57,558 nucleotides of DNA from Candidatus Alkanophaga volatiphilum (lineage in GTDB: Archaea; Halobacteriota; Syntropharchaeia; Alkanophagales; B39-G2). Made by a program: the position numbers and the translations under genes. The stretch lies in contig JAPHEE010000008.1 of the NCBI GenBank assembly GCA_029259545.1, positions 1-57,558 of the forward strand, given 5' to 3'. Positions 38,777-48,753 of the stretch are shown piece after piece; position 1 is the first letter of the stretch; every line of letters begins with the position of its first letter. The notes beneath the pieces were generated by a model. It did not search any database. It saw nothing but the letters and a program-made list of their open reading frames with translations, and was not told where the DNA came from.

Positions 38777-39214
38777 GTGTGTCGGGTGCCGAAGAAGAAG
38801 ATAAAGAAGATAAGGGGTTCGAGGTACTGCGGGCAGGGCGTGAAGGGCGGCAGGGGCGGCGGCAGCCGTGGCGGGCGTGGTAATGCTGGCGTATGCAAGC
38901 ACCATTACATAAAAGCGCTGCTTGAAGGTCGAGAGATGGGGAAAAGGGGCTTCACGCCACCTTATCGTAGCGAGAAGTCTACGATGAACGTCGGCGAGCT
39001 CGACGAGCTTGCCGAACGCCTGATTGCGGAGGGCAAGGCTGAGCGGCGGGGCGACGCCGTATTCATCGACCTCACGAGGCTCGGCGTCGATAAGCTTCTC
39101 GGCGGCGGCAGCGTGCGCAGAAAGCTCATCGTCAGCGTTCCGGAGGCGTCGGAGCGTGCGAGGGCGAAAATAGAGAGGGTGGGCGGCGAATTGGTGATCG
39201 GTGGCGCTGCATGA
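38777..39214 (+). CDS. rpl15: 50S ribosomal protein uL15 (start may be the GTG at 38786)
   Basis: [33 protein letters not shown], immediately upstream of secY. Confidence 0.85.
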   Translation: MCRVPKKKIKKIRGSRYCGQGVKGGRGGGSRGGRGNAGVCKHHYIKALLEGREMGKRGFTPPYRSEKSTMNVGELDELAERLIAEGKAERRGDAVFIDLTRLGVDKLLGGGSVRRKLIVSVPEASERARAKIERVGGELVIGGAA

Positions 39215-40680
39215 GCGAAGAAGCCCCTAGGCTCCGGGACGTGCTCACGCCGATACTGAACAGGTTCCCGATGGTAGAGCGCCCGACGTACCACGTCCAC
39301 TTCCGCACGAAGCTCTGGTGGACCGTTGGCATCCTCCTTCTGTACTTTGCGTTGTGCAACATCCCGCTTTTCGGGCTGTCGCCGGAGTCGAGGGAGCTGT
39401 TCGGCAGGTTCAGAGCGATATTCGCGGGCGAGTCCTTCTCCCTCATGGCGCTCGGCATCGTGCCCATCGTCGACGCTTCGATCGTGCTGCAGTTGCTCGT
39501 CGGCGCCCAGATCATAAAGCTGGACCTGAGCGACCCCGACGACCAAGCATTCTACCAAGGCTTGCAAAAGATACTCGTCGTGTTCTTCACCATTCTCATG
39601 GGCTTGACGTACGTCGTCGGGTATTACTACCCAGATCCTGAGATTGCGGAGAGGCTCGGCGTGTCCCTGCGTTTCGTATCCTTCCTGCTGTTCGTCCAAG
39701 TGTGTCTCGGCGGTCTTCTCATATACTTCATGGACGAGGTCGTCTCGAAGTGGGGCATCGGGAGCGGCGTCGGGCTCTTCATCCTCGCAGGCGTCTCCCA
39801 GCAGATCGTCACCGGCCTCATAAACTGGGTGCCTGACGAGACCGGGCTGGCAGTCGGCGTGATCCCGCGCTGGATCCAGATTTCGACGCAGCTCAGCCTC
39901 TACGAAATTCTGGGCGGCGGCATCACCTTCCTCTTCGAACACGGGCTCATTGCCCTCTTCACCACGATCGCAATCTTTTTCATAGTCGTCTACATCGAGA
40001 GCACCCGCATCGAAATCCCGCTCGCGCACTCGCTCATCCGTGGCGCCCGGGGGCGCTTCCCGGTGAAGCTGCTCTACGCCAGCGTCCTGCCCATGATCCT
40101 CGTGCGGGCGCTCCAAGCCTCGATCCAGGGGTTCGGAAGACTCCTGTATGCGAAGGGCGTAACGCTCTTCGGAACTTTTGAGGGGGGGAGAGCGGTCTCG
40201 GGACTCATGTATTACCTCGACCCCATCAGCAGCCCCTACGACTGGTTCCCGACGCTCGTCAGGGTGGCGTACCCGAACGTCGAGGGCTGGCAGATCGCCC
40301 TGCGTGTCATGACCGACATCAGCTTCATGGTCGTCGGCGGCGCAATATTCGCGCTCTTCTGGATCACCACTACGGGCATGGGTCCGAAGGATATAGCAGA
40401 GCAGATATACAGTGCGGGCTTGCAGATTCCGGGCTACAGACGCAATCCGGCGGCGATAGAGCGGCTGATGGAAAGGTACATTCCGAGGATCGCAATCTTG
40501 GGCGGTGCGATTTTGGGGGCGCTTTGCGTTTTTGCAAATATGCTCGGCACGCTCGGAAGAACCACGGGCACCGGTCTCCTGCTCGCCGTGAGCATCGCCT
40601 ACGGACTCTACGAGCAGATGGCTTCCGAGCAGGTCATGGAAATGTATCCTGCGCTGCGCAAGTTCCTCGGCGAGGAGTAG
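39211..40680 (+). CDS. secY: Preprotein translocase subunit SecY
   Basis: 489 aa, ~10 TM segments, WTVGILLLYFALCNIPLFG and GIGSGVGLFILAG patterns. 4-nt overlap with the uL15 gene. Confidence 0.95.
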   Translation: MSEEAPRLRDVLTPILNRFPMVERPTYHVHFRTKLWWTVGILLLYFALCNIPLFGLSPESRELFGRFRAIFAGESFSLMALGIVPIVDASIVLQLLVGAQIIKLDLSDPDDQAFYQGLQKILVVFFTILMGLTYVVGYYYPDPEIAERLGVSLRFVSFLLFVQVCLGGLLIYFMDEVVSKWGIGSGVGLFILAGVSQQIVTGLINWVPDETGLAVGVIPRWIQISTQLSLYEILGGGITFLFEHGLIALFTTIAIFFIVVYIESTRIEIPLAHSLIRGARGRFPVKLLYASVLPMILVRALQASIQGFGRLLYAKGVTLFGTFEGGRAVSGLMYYLDPISSPYDWFPTLVRVAYPNVEGWQIALRVMTDISFMVVGGAIFALFWITTTGMGPKDIAEQIYSAGLQIPGYRRNPAAIERLMERYIPRIAILGGAILGALCVFANMLGTLGRTTGTGLLLAVSIAYGLYEQMASEQVMEMYPALRKFLGEE

Positions 40681-41226
40681 CTGCACGACGCAGATGGGAC
40701 TGTGGAGGGTTAGAAATATTGCTGCTTTAATTGCTTTTCAAGGGTAAAAGTAGGGGAGGAGGAGAGCAGGAAAGATATCCGGCTATGATGGGGGAGCAGA
40801 GCACTGGACGAGTGTGGCGGCTGCGTGTTCTATTGCCATCGTATGGTGACGAAAAGGAATCGGCTCTTGCGGTGGAGTCGCCTATTGTGCAGCACCGCTC
40901 ATGGCAAACGATTTAGTTTCAGCAAGTACAGTTTGAGAATCACTGGAATGGTGGATGCAAGAGCATCGGTAGAGGTTACATATCACGGGAATGAAAGGGA
41001 GCGGGGGGAAAGTGCTTATGACCGAAAACCGTGGTGCTGACGAGGGCTAGCGACATGACATATTAGCGACATGGCAACTTGTTATGTATGGCTCAGAACA
41101 GTTGATGTCGGTGAGGAAAGCATATGTGGACTTATACAACCTCCTGAACGTGTTTCTGCATATCGCATATTGCATATTCCCTGCCGCATCTATCCTAAAC
41201 AAATCCAGTATTGTAGACACTCACTT

Positions 41227-41736
41227 TCATTTGTTTCTGCTCTTTTGATCGAAACTTTTTAGCCTTCTTTTTGACCTTCCGCATGCGAGAGCCAAATATA
41301 AGAATAGGACGCCGAGAGCGAGCAAAACCACGCCGGAAATCAAATAATTTTGCTCAAGAGGAACACGCCTCACAGCCTTCACAGCTTCTTCCGGAATTTT
41401 GATGGAAAAATATATCGCAATAATCCCACAAATAAAACTTGCAGCAGAAGATAAAAGCAGTATTATCCTTGTCTTATGTGATAGGAGCAGTCTCTTTCCT
41501 TTCTCTGTTAGCTCATAGTATACCCTCTTTCTTCCCTCGCTCTTTCTCTTCTTCACCAAACCAGCATCAATCAATTTTTCCAAATTTTCATGAATTGTCG
41601 ATTTTGGAAGATTCAATATTCTTGATAATTCACTCACAGTCATGGGTCTTTTAAGACTTTTGAGAATATTTACTCTTGTGTCCGACGATAATGCACGAAG
41701 TATCTTTCTATCAAGTGCTATTTTATCGTCCGTCAT
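41227..41736 (-). CDS. Membrane-anchored ArsR-type wHTH regulator
   Basis: ILRALSSDTRVNILKSLKRPMTVSELSRILNLPKSTIHENLEKLIDAGLV followed by two TM helices. Confidence 0.7.
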   Translation of the reverse strand: MTDDKIALDRKILRALSSDTRVNILKSLKRPMTVSELSRILNLPKSTIHENLEKLIDAGLVKKRKSEGRKRVYYELTEKGKRLLLSHKTRIILLLSSAASFICGIIAIYFSIKIPEEAVKAVRRVPLEQNYLISGVVLLALGVLFLYLALACGRSKRRLKSFDQKSRNK

Positions 41737-42422
41737 TCATTGTCTTCTTTATCTGGTGCTGGCGTTAGATGTATTCTTTCTGTGTATTGAGGTTTCTCTG
41801 AAGGCACGCCATCGTCGTTTTCTAATTCATCTCGCAGTGCTGGTATCGGCTTTTGCGGCTCGGTCTCGCTTATTCCGAGGAGTTCTTTAAGCGCCTCCAT
41901 CGCTGTTACATTCGCCTCATAAACGCCCATATATACAATTGAGCTGTCCGAGTCCGGCACAAAATATCCGGTATCGCCTGTCCAGTTAATATAACCTCTC
42001 CTACCAGTGAAAATGCAGCCTATTTGTGCTTCGTTTTTGCATCCGCTGAGCATGATTATCGCTCCATCGAGTTCGATGTCAGGACTGGTGTTCGTGTCAT
42101 ATATACTTATATTCGTGGTTTCGGGGAAGATCACTTCCACATAAGTGCTGCCTGCGATTTTCTCTTTCAAGTCATAGGGAACGGGGCATCTTAATTGCGC
42201 TTCTATCGACCTGAGCGCATTTAAAGAAGATTCCCACAGCTCATCAAATTCTGGCGCTCCCGGAGTTAGCACCTCGACGCTGCCGTTTCCATAATGGATA
42301 ATTATTTCGGACTGCACAGGCTCATACGAGGCAAACCCCTTAAGAATTATTGGCAAAACCGCTGCTACAATACCGAGCACCGCAATTGCTACCAGAAATA
42401 CCACGATCCTTCCCATTTCCAT
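41733..42422 (-). CDS. Membrane-anchored extracytoplasmic protein, unknown function
   Basis: N-terminal TM IVVFLVAIAVLGIVAAVLPII. 4-nt overlap with the downstream ArsR-like gene. Low G+C. Confidence 0.5.
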   Translation of the reverse strand: MEMGRIVVFLVAIAVLGIVAAVLPIILKGFASYEPVQSEIIIHYGNGSVEVLTPGAPEFDELWESSLNALRSIEAQLRCPVPYDLKEKIAGSTYVEVIFPETTNISIYDTNTSPDIELDGAIIMLSGCKNEAQIGCIFTGRRGYINWTGDTGYFVPDSDSSIVYMGVYEANVTAMEALKELLGISETEPQKPIPALRDELENDDGVPSEKPQYTERIHLTPAPDKEDNE

Positions 42423-42501
42423 CCCTACCTTAAACCGTCTCTTAGCAGGTTTATAAAACCACCGAAAATGTTCGGATTTTCCGAACGAAAGCAGAGATCC
42501 A

Positions 42502-43275
42502 TTGTATTATTCGAAAAAGTATCATGTTTACTTGAGCGATGAGGAAAGGGAATATCTTGAAAGATTCGTTAGCACTGGAACTAACAAAGCTCGAAGAATA
42601 ACAAGAGCAAGGATTCTACTGCTTGCAGATGAAAGCAAAGGGCGAGGAAAACAGATAGAGAGATCTCAGATTAGGAGTTTGCATGAGAACAGTAGCAAAG
42701 ACAAGAGAACGCTTCGTCGAAGATAGATTGGGGGCATTGAACGAGAAACCCGTCCCGGTAAGAAACCAAAGCTTACGGGAAGAGATGAGGCAATGCTAAT
42801 GGCAATTCATGCAGTGACCCTCAAGGGTACGGAAGGTGGACAATAAGACTCTTAGATAAGCTCGTAGAACTTGTCGTTGATTCGATATCCCGTGAGACGG
42901 TAAGAAAAATCTTAAAAACGAAATTAAGCCATGCTCAGGAAACAGTGGTGCATATTCATTGCTTTCGATCCGAGAGGCTGGCGTTTATGGTTCCTTTTAC
43001 GAGAGATTTGAGCAGAAGAGGCAAGAAAACTGTGTAAGAAGTTTGAATTCCATTATACCCCAAAGAAGGCAAGCTGGTTGAACATGGCTGAGATAGAGTT
43101 CTCAGCTTTATCAAAACAGTGCCTGGATCGCAGGATAGGAGATATAGAAGCTCTTAGGGGTGAGATAAAAGCTTGGACAGAAGATCGAGATAGAAAAGGC
43201 GTTAAGGTTGAATGGCGCTTCACAACCAAAGATGCAAGAGAGAAGCTGAGGAGGCTAATGTTAAAAATTAAATTG
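42502..43275 (+). pseudogene. IS630-family transposase remnant (frameshifts, internal deletion of the DDE core)
   Basis: N-terminal HTH LSDEEREYLERFVSTGTNKARRITRARILLLADE. Out-of-frame ..SISRETVRKILKK... C-terminal HYTPKKASWLNMAEIEFSALSKQCLDRRIGDIEAL..WRFTTKDAREKLRRL. Confidence 0.7.
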
Positions 43276-43355
43276 CCAGTGCGCTATACACTCTCCCTGC
43301 CGTTTTCCCATTTACACATGGTTAGCGAACGAAATAACTTACTGGACCTAAAGCT

Positions 43356-43793
43356 TCAATGGATGCCTAATAAAAATATAAAAAGCCAAAGTCCGCATAA
43401 GCAGAATGTCGCCAAATATTTTCTTTTTGATGCAAAATAGCCTTCTAAACCTGCAACAGTGGATAAACAGACCCCATAAGTAACTACCCTTATTATTCTT
43501 TCAAGGTTAGGGGAGGGGTAAAAATAACCAAAATTAAGCAAAAGAATAAATCCCATAATCGGGATCGCTCCTACCAATATGGACCCAAATCTATTCTTTG
43601 TTATCCATCCATAAATGGCTGGAGCTGCGGGGAAAAGAAAAGCGACAAGGAGTTCTAGAATAACATGTATCATGGAAAGGTGAGCTCTATGGACTGATAG
43701 ACCAACGCAAATGATCCAATCTAAAGCAATAATCAACAAAGATATGATCACCGGTAAAATTGCCGACGAAATTAATTTTCTTTTCTTCCTCAA
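43356..43793 (-). CDS. Small integral membrane protein (about 4 TM), unknown function
   Basis: Hydrophobic segments throughout, low G+C. Confidence 0.45.
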   Translation of the reverse strand: MRKKRKLISSAILPVIISLLIIALDWIICVGLSVHRAHLSMIHVILELLVAFLFPAAPAIYGWITKNRFGSILVGAIPIMGFILLLNFGYFYPSPNLERIIRVVTYGVCLSTVAGLEGYFASKRKYLATFCLCGLWLFIFLLGIH

Positions 43794-44553
43794 AAGCTTA
43801 CACCTCCTATTATTCGTAGCTCATCCATTGCTACATCCATTCAGGCCCATCGTAGAATACAGCAACCTCTTCCGCAGGCTCGTATTCGTCTGGCTCATAC
43901 GGAAGGATCTTCGTGGTGTGCATCTGCAGCCACATCTCCATCAGACATCTGTTACAATCTTACGTCGTGTATCTACCGTCCCAACTACATATCTCATCAG
44001 CTACACATTAGCTTTCTGTTCGGAAAATCAGAGTTTCGGTAGTTTTATCAGGAGGTTTTGGACCGAAGAAGAGTTGTGAAAAGGGCATCGGGAATGTTGG
44101 AGGGCTGAGATAAAAGTATGTAAGTTAGGAGGATGGAGGCTAGACAGGCTTTACATCTCAAAAGTTCATTAGGATTGAGAGGAATGGGGAGTAGTATGCG
44201 CTCATCTGCGTTGAGGAAGCCCGTGCGATGAGCGGAGGCGAGAGTGGGGGTGAGTGGGGGGAGGCGAGGTTTGATAAAGGAAGGTGGGGAAAGTGTCGAT
44301 AAATGTTTAAAGCGTAAAGCAGGTGCCGTCGAATTTGCGGAGAAGGGTGAGAGTGAAGGCGTTAAGAACGCTTTGGGCGGAACGCTGCCTCACAACGCTG
44401 TATGGGTGCGGTTGGACTCAGGAGCCGAAAGGGCATCCGTAGACGACACGAAGCCCGTCAGCAGGGCACGAAGCAAGAGCAGGTTGGAAGCTAAGCGGAT
44501 CGACTAGTGAGCTAGGTGGTAGAGAGGAATTAATTCTTCTCATAAATTGGGAG

Positions 44554-46305
44554 GTGGAGGAGATGTTCCTGAGGCTGAGACAGGAGGCGGATGCGGCGCT
44601 GAGGGAGGCTTTGGACGGGAGCGGGCTGGCAGCCGATTTGAGGCGGGAGGAGTTGCCCGAAAATTTACTTTTGGAGGAGTCGGAGCACGCCGACATCTCA
44701 TCCTCGATCGCATTTTTCCTAGCGTCGAGGCTGAAGGCGTCGCCGAAGGATATTGCGTCGAGGCTCGTGACGCACGCCGCGGACGCCGTGCCCGAAGGCG
44801 GGCTCATCTCGGAGGTGCGGGCGGTCGGCCCCTACATAAACTTCCACGCCAGTGAGCTCTTTTTCCAGGAGACCCTGAGGAGAATTAGGGAGGAGGGTTG
44901 CGACTTCGGCGGCTTGGGGCTTAAAGGCAGGGTGATCTTAGAGCACACCTCCGCAAACCCCGACGGACCGCTGCACGTCGGGCACCTGCGGAATGCGATC
45001 ATTGGTGACGTGCTTGCAAGGGTCTTACGGAAGGCGGGCTACGAGGTCGAAACCCAGTATTACGTGAACGACATGGGGCGTCAGATCGCCGTCGCCGTCT
45101 TGGGGGCGGAGCGGTTCGGGCTCGACGCCTCGAAGAAGGGCGACCACGCCGTCGTCGAAGCCTACGTGCGGGCGAGCCGCGAACTGGATACGGACGAGAG
45201 CCTGCGGCGGGAAGCGGAAGCCCTCATGCGACGCTACGAGGAGGGCGACCCCGAAGCCGTGGAAAAATACAGGAGGGTCGTGGAGAAGTGCCTCTCCGGG
45301 GTGAAGGAGACGCTTGAGCGGCTTGACATCAAGCATGACCGCTTCGTTTGGGAGAGTGAGTTCGTGCGCAGCGGCGACGTCCGCCGGGTGTTGGAGGCGC
45401 TACGTGAGCGTGGGGAGGTCGTGGAGGAGGGCGGCGCGCTCGTCTTGAAGCTTAAATGCTCGGAGAAGGACCTTGTTTTGCAGCGGGGCGATGGCACCTC
45501 GCTCTACTCCACGAGAGACATCGCATATCACATTTGGAAGTCGAAGCTTTGCGACCGTATGATCGACGTGCTCGGCAAGGATCATGAGCTTGTGTCGAAA
45601 CAGTTGGCTGAGGCGTTGGCGCTCCTCGGCGTGCCGCCGCCCGACGTCGTGATCTTCGAGTTCGTCTCGCTGCCCACGGGCTCGATGTCCACGAGAGCCG
45701 GGAAGTTCGTTGCTGTCGACGAGCTTTTAGATAAAGTAGAGGAGGCGGCGCTCCAAGAAGTGGAAAAGCGGCGTCCTGACATGAGTGAGGAGCAGAGGCG
45801 GCGAGTGGCGAGGGTCGTCGGCGTCGGCGCCGTCCGCTACGACATCGCAAAGGTCTCACCGGAGAAGCCCATGGTCTTCGACTTCGAGCAGGCGCTCGAC
45901 ATTGAAAAGCGGGGCGCGCCGTTCATCCAGTATGCGCACGCACGGGCTTCGAGCATTCTGAGGATGGCGGCAGAGAGCGGTTACGTGCGGCGCTCTGACG
46001 GCGACTTCTCACTGCCGGACTTCGACGCAACGCTCCTCTCGACGGAGAGCGAGCGGACGCTCATCAGGGAGCTTTCAAAGCTCGACTACGTCGTTGAGAA
46101 GGTCGTGAGAGAGTTGAAACCGCACCACTTGGCAAAGTACGGCAGGGTCGTCGCCGAAACCTTCAACAGGTTTTACAGGGATTGTCCGGTGCTCAACGCC
46201 GAACCCCCGCTCAGGAACGCGAGACTTAACCTCGTTTACTGTACGAAGGTCGTGCTGAAGGAGACGTTACGCCTACTCGGAATAGAGGCGCCGGAAGAGA
46301 TGTGA
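44554..46305 (+). CDS. argS: Arginine--tRNA ligase
   Basis: Class-I HIGH variant PDGPLHVGHLRNAIIGD, MSTR (KMSKS-position) GSMSTRAGK, C-terminal anticodon-binding-domain pattern. Confidence 0.9.
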   Translation: MEEMFLRLRQEADAALREALDGSGLAADLRREELPENLLLEESEHADISSSIAFFLASRLKASPKDIASRLVTHAADAVPEGGLISEVRAVGPYINFHASELFFQETLRRIREEGCDFGGLGLKGRVILEHTSANPDGPLHVGHLRNAIIGDVLARVLRKAGYEVETQYYVNDMGRQIAVAVLGAERFGLDASKKGDHAVVEAYVRASRELDTDESLRREAEALMRRYEEGDPEAVEKYRRVVEKCLSGVKETLERLDIKHDRFVWESEFVRSGDVRRVLEALRERGEVVEEGGALVLKLKCSEKDLVLQRGDGTSLYSTRDIAYHIWKSKLCDRMIDVLGKDHELVSKQLAEALALLGVPPPDVVIFEFVSLPTGSMSTRAGKFVAVDELLDKVEEAALQEVEKRRPDMSEEQRRRVARVVGVGAVRYDIAKVSPEKPMVFDFEQALDIEKRGAPFIQYAHARASSILRMAAESGYVRRSDGDFSLPDFDATLLSTESERTLIRELSKLDYVVEKVVRELKPHHLAKYGRVVAETFNRFYRDCPVLNAEPPLRNARLNLVYCTKVVLKETLRLLGIEAPEEM

Positions 46306-46430
46306 GCGGCAGGCAGCGGGCGGCGGCACGGCGGCGGGCAGCGGGCAACGGGAGGCAGGGGGAAAGGGGGAAGCAGCCCGCCCCGACGGAGATCCGTCAG
46401 CAGGCTCCGCTGACGGCTCGCACAGCGTCG

Positions 46431-46853
46431 TCATTCGTCACGCTTTGCATGATGCTCCGGCTCCGGCAGAGGCGGCATAGTGAAGTCGCCGAGAGCTTCC
46501 AGCTCCTTGTACACCCTCACAATCGCATCTATTTCGTCCCTAGCAACCTTTGCAACCCTTCTTGCGATCTCCTCTGCCCTTGTATCTGCGGTTTCCTCCA
46601 AAACGACTTCGAGGAGGCAGTCGTCGGCGACGCCCACGTCAACGATCGTGCGGGAGCCTTGGAGCTCTGCCCTCACCCTTTCTACTAAGGGCGCCTTCGG
46701 GATGACCACGCCATCCTTCAGCACGACGGCGTCTATCTTGCAACGGCTCTCGCAGCCGCCGCAACGATGCACGTAGCTCGCCTTGCGATCCAAGTAGAAC
46801 TTCAGCCGCAGCCCGCCGTTTTGATCCCTTACCGCCTTGCTTATGACCTCCAT
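46431..46853 (-). CDS. Hypothetical protein, last gene of the HDAC string
   Basis: Abuts the HDAC stop (TAG GTG AGG ATG). Contains HRCGGCESRC. No family recognised. Confidence 0.45.
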   Translation of the reverse strand: MEVISKAVRDQNGGLRLKFYLDRKASYVHRCGGCESRCKIDAVVLKDGVVIPKAPLVERVRAELQGSRTIVDVGVADDCLLEVVLEETADTRAEEIARRVAKVARDEIDAIVRVYKELEALGDFTMPPLPEPEHHAKRDE

Positions 46854-46859
46854 CCTCAC

Positions 46860-47960
46860 CTAAAGCTCGACGCCGTGCAGCGGGAACACCTTTTCTTTGA
46901 CCCTCCTGACGATAGCCTCGATGTCCCTTGAAACTTTACCCCTCACTTCGGTCTCCCCACGGTCGAACAGCTTTATGTATTCTTCTTTGTTTTCAGGCAT
47001 TTTTCCAGCGACGGTGATGAACATTACCGCCCAGCAGCGGGCGACGTTTTCCGGCGCGTACCCGCCGCCACCGAAAATTAAATAACGCCCGTTGCAAAGC
47101 TCATGCGCAAGCTCGTGCATGGTTTCTGCGATTGCTTTGTAAGCGGCGGTCGTGAGTGAGAGCCCGACAAGCGGGTCTTCATAGTGCGAGTCCACGCCGA
47201 ACTGGTGTAGAATGATTTGTGGCTCGTAGCTCCGCAGCAGTGGCGGCACGATTTCTTTGAAGGCATAAAGGTAGGATGCGGAGTTGGTGCCTGCGGGCAG
47301 CGGGACGTTCACAGCGTAACCGTAGCCCTCGCCCTCGCCGATCTCGTCCACACCGCCAGTCCCAGGGTAAAAGAAAAAGCCGTATCTGTGGAATGAGATC
47401 GTCAGAATTTTTTCCCTGTTGAATATTTCCTGCGTGCCGTCACCATGGTGCCCGTCGATGTCCACGATAGCTATTTTCCCCAACCCGTATTTCCGTTGGA
47501 GATAACGAGCGGCAAGAGCGACGTCATTAAACACACAGAAGCCCGCAGCGCTGTTTCTGCGCGCGTGATGCAACCCGCCACCGGGATTAAAGGCGTGCGT
47601 AACTTCACCCTGCATTATCAGGTCGGCACCGAGGATCGAGCCGCCGGCGCGTGCCGCCGCCCCCTCATAGATCCCTTTTGTGGCAGGCGTGTCGCCATAA
47701 TCCAAGAGCCCGTAGCCCTGCTCGCTCTTCTCCCTCACGAAATAGATGTATTCGGGGTCGTGCACGAGCATTAACTCCTCTTCGGTAGCTGATCTAGGCT
47801 CGTAAACCTTCGTGCGGATGTCATCGATCACACCGAGCTTCCTGAGCAACTCCAAAGTTTTCTTCTCCCTATCCGGCCTGAACGGGTGGAACGGTCCAAA
47901 GTCGTACTTCAAGTATTCGTCGCCGTAGATGAAAGCAGTGACGCCCGGCATTTCGACCAC
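46860..47960 (-). CDS. Histone-deacetylase-superfamily amidohydrolase (AcuC/acetylpolyamine type)
   Basis: GGLHHA, VDIDGHHGDGTQEIF, GGGGY. Confidence 0.85.
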   Translation of the reverse strand: MVEMPGVTAFIYGDEYLKYDFGPFHPFRPDREKKTLELLRKLGVIDDIRTKVYEPRSATEEELMLVHDPEYIYFVREKSEQGYGLLDYGDTPATKGIYEGAAARAGGSILGADLIMQGEVTHAFNPGGGLHHARRNSAAGFCVFNDVALAARYLQRKYGLGKIAIVDIDGHHGDGTQEIFNREKILTISFHRYGFFFYPGTGGVDEIGEGEGYGYAVNVPLPAGTNSASYLYAFKEIVPPLLRSYEPQIILHQFGVDSHYEDPLVGLSLTTAAYKAIAETMHELAHELCNGRYLIFGGGGYAPENVARCWAVMFITVAGKMPENKEEYIKLFDRGETEVRGKVSRDIEAIVRRVKEKVFPLHGVEL

Positions 47961-48145
47961 TACTCTGTAATTACAATCTGGTGCTTGGTGAGGTTCACCT
48001 CTTTAATCCTGCCACGCACCTCTCTGCGCTCGCCGAGAAGCCCCACAATACGCACGTTTGAGCCCTCTGCGACGACTTCTACAGCTTCTTCCATTATCAA
48101 CTCCCTGATGCCGTTTCGTTCCAGAAACACGCTCGACTCGCACAT
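47960..48145 (-). CDS. CooT-like small protein (putative Ni-binding / PF10133-like)
   Basis: Starts MCES. ~61 aa with a beta-rich pattern similar to CooT as I recall it. Its stop overlaps the HDAC start (TAGTG). Confidence 0.45.
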   Translation of the reverse strand: MCESSVFLERNGIRELIMEEAVEVVAEGSNVRIVGLLGERREVRGRIKEVNLTKHQIVITE

Positions 48146-48172
48146 GTTTTTAGATTGGCATGAGGTCTTAAA

Positions 48173-48730
48173 TTACATGCCGCCCTCCTTCTCGCCCTCC
48201 TTTTTCTCCCGCACGACGAACTCGCAATGTTCGTCGCCAGCGGAGACGCATTTCACCTCCTCAACTACATATTCCTTGCCGGTGAAGCAGCGGGTGGCAC
48301 CGGCGATGAACCCTGCAATGTAATGGCAGACCGGCCTTCCTACTTGTCCATGCTCCTTTGCGAAATAAGTGCCGCCTTTGAACCGCAAAACACGCTCGTT
48401 GTCCCGTTTAAAAAACTCTATCTCGCCGACGCCGCTGAGCGAGAAGAAAGCATCGGTGTAAAGTGTCCGCTCTTTTATATTCTTGTCCTTAAGTCCGAAA
48501 CGCTCAAAGAGCCAGCCACAGACCCGCTGCCCTGACTTGACGCCCGTCTCGTAAAGCAAGGCATCGGGCAACTTCCACCTTGCATCGTAGGGGATGACAT
48601 CATCTATCGTTTTTTCCAAGTCGAGAATGCAACTCAACCACCTTTTAAACCCTTCATGCCAGTTCTTCTCTAGGACGCCTTTTATCTCTTCGAGAGCGCT
48701 CTCGTATGTCACATTTTCTTTTTCTTTCAT
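48173..48730 (-). CDS. V4R-domain protein
   Basis: C-terminal CHYIAGFIAGATRCFTGKEYVVEEVKCVSAGDEHCEFVV. Confidence 0.65.
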   Translation of the reverse strand: MKEKENVTYESALEEIKGVLEKNWHEGFKRWLSCILDLEKTIDDVIPYDARWKLPDALLYETGVKSGQRVCGWLFERFGLKDKNIKERTLYTDAFFSLSGVGEIEFFKRDNERVLRFKGGTYFAKEHGQVGRPVCHYIAGFIAGATRCFTGKEYVVEEVKCVSAGDEHCEFVVREKKEGEKEGGM

Positions 48731-48753
48731 GTTTTAATGTTTGCTCCACCCAG

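Noticed and set aside
38962-40686. 574-aa minus-strand ORF
   Set aside because: It is antisense to secY and the uL15 gene. It is R/E/D/A-rich and not protein-like, so it is a shadow ORF.
40681-41226. Looked for a decayed adk gene, SRP RNA, RNase P RNA or C/D-box sRNA after secY
   Set aside because: No P-loop-containing reading frame was found. No convincing C (RUGAUGA) / D (CUGA) box pairs or conserved SRP/RNase P motifs were seen.
44244-44507. 87-aa ORF in the purine-rich region upstream of argS
   Set aside because: It is G/E/K/R-rich with no recognisable fold signature or start context. It is more likely a non-coding leader or remnant.
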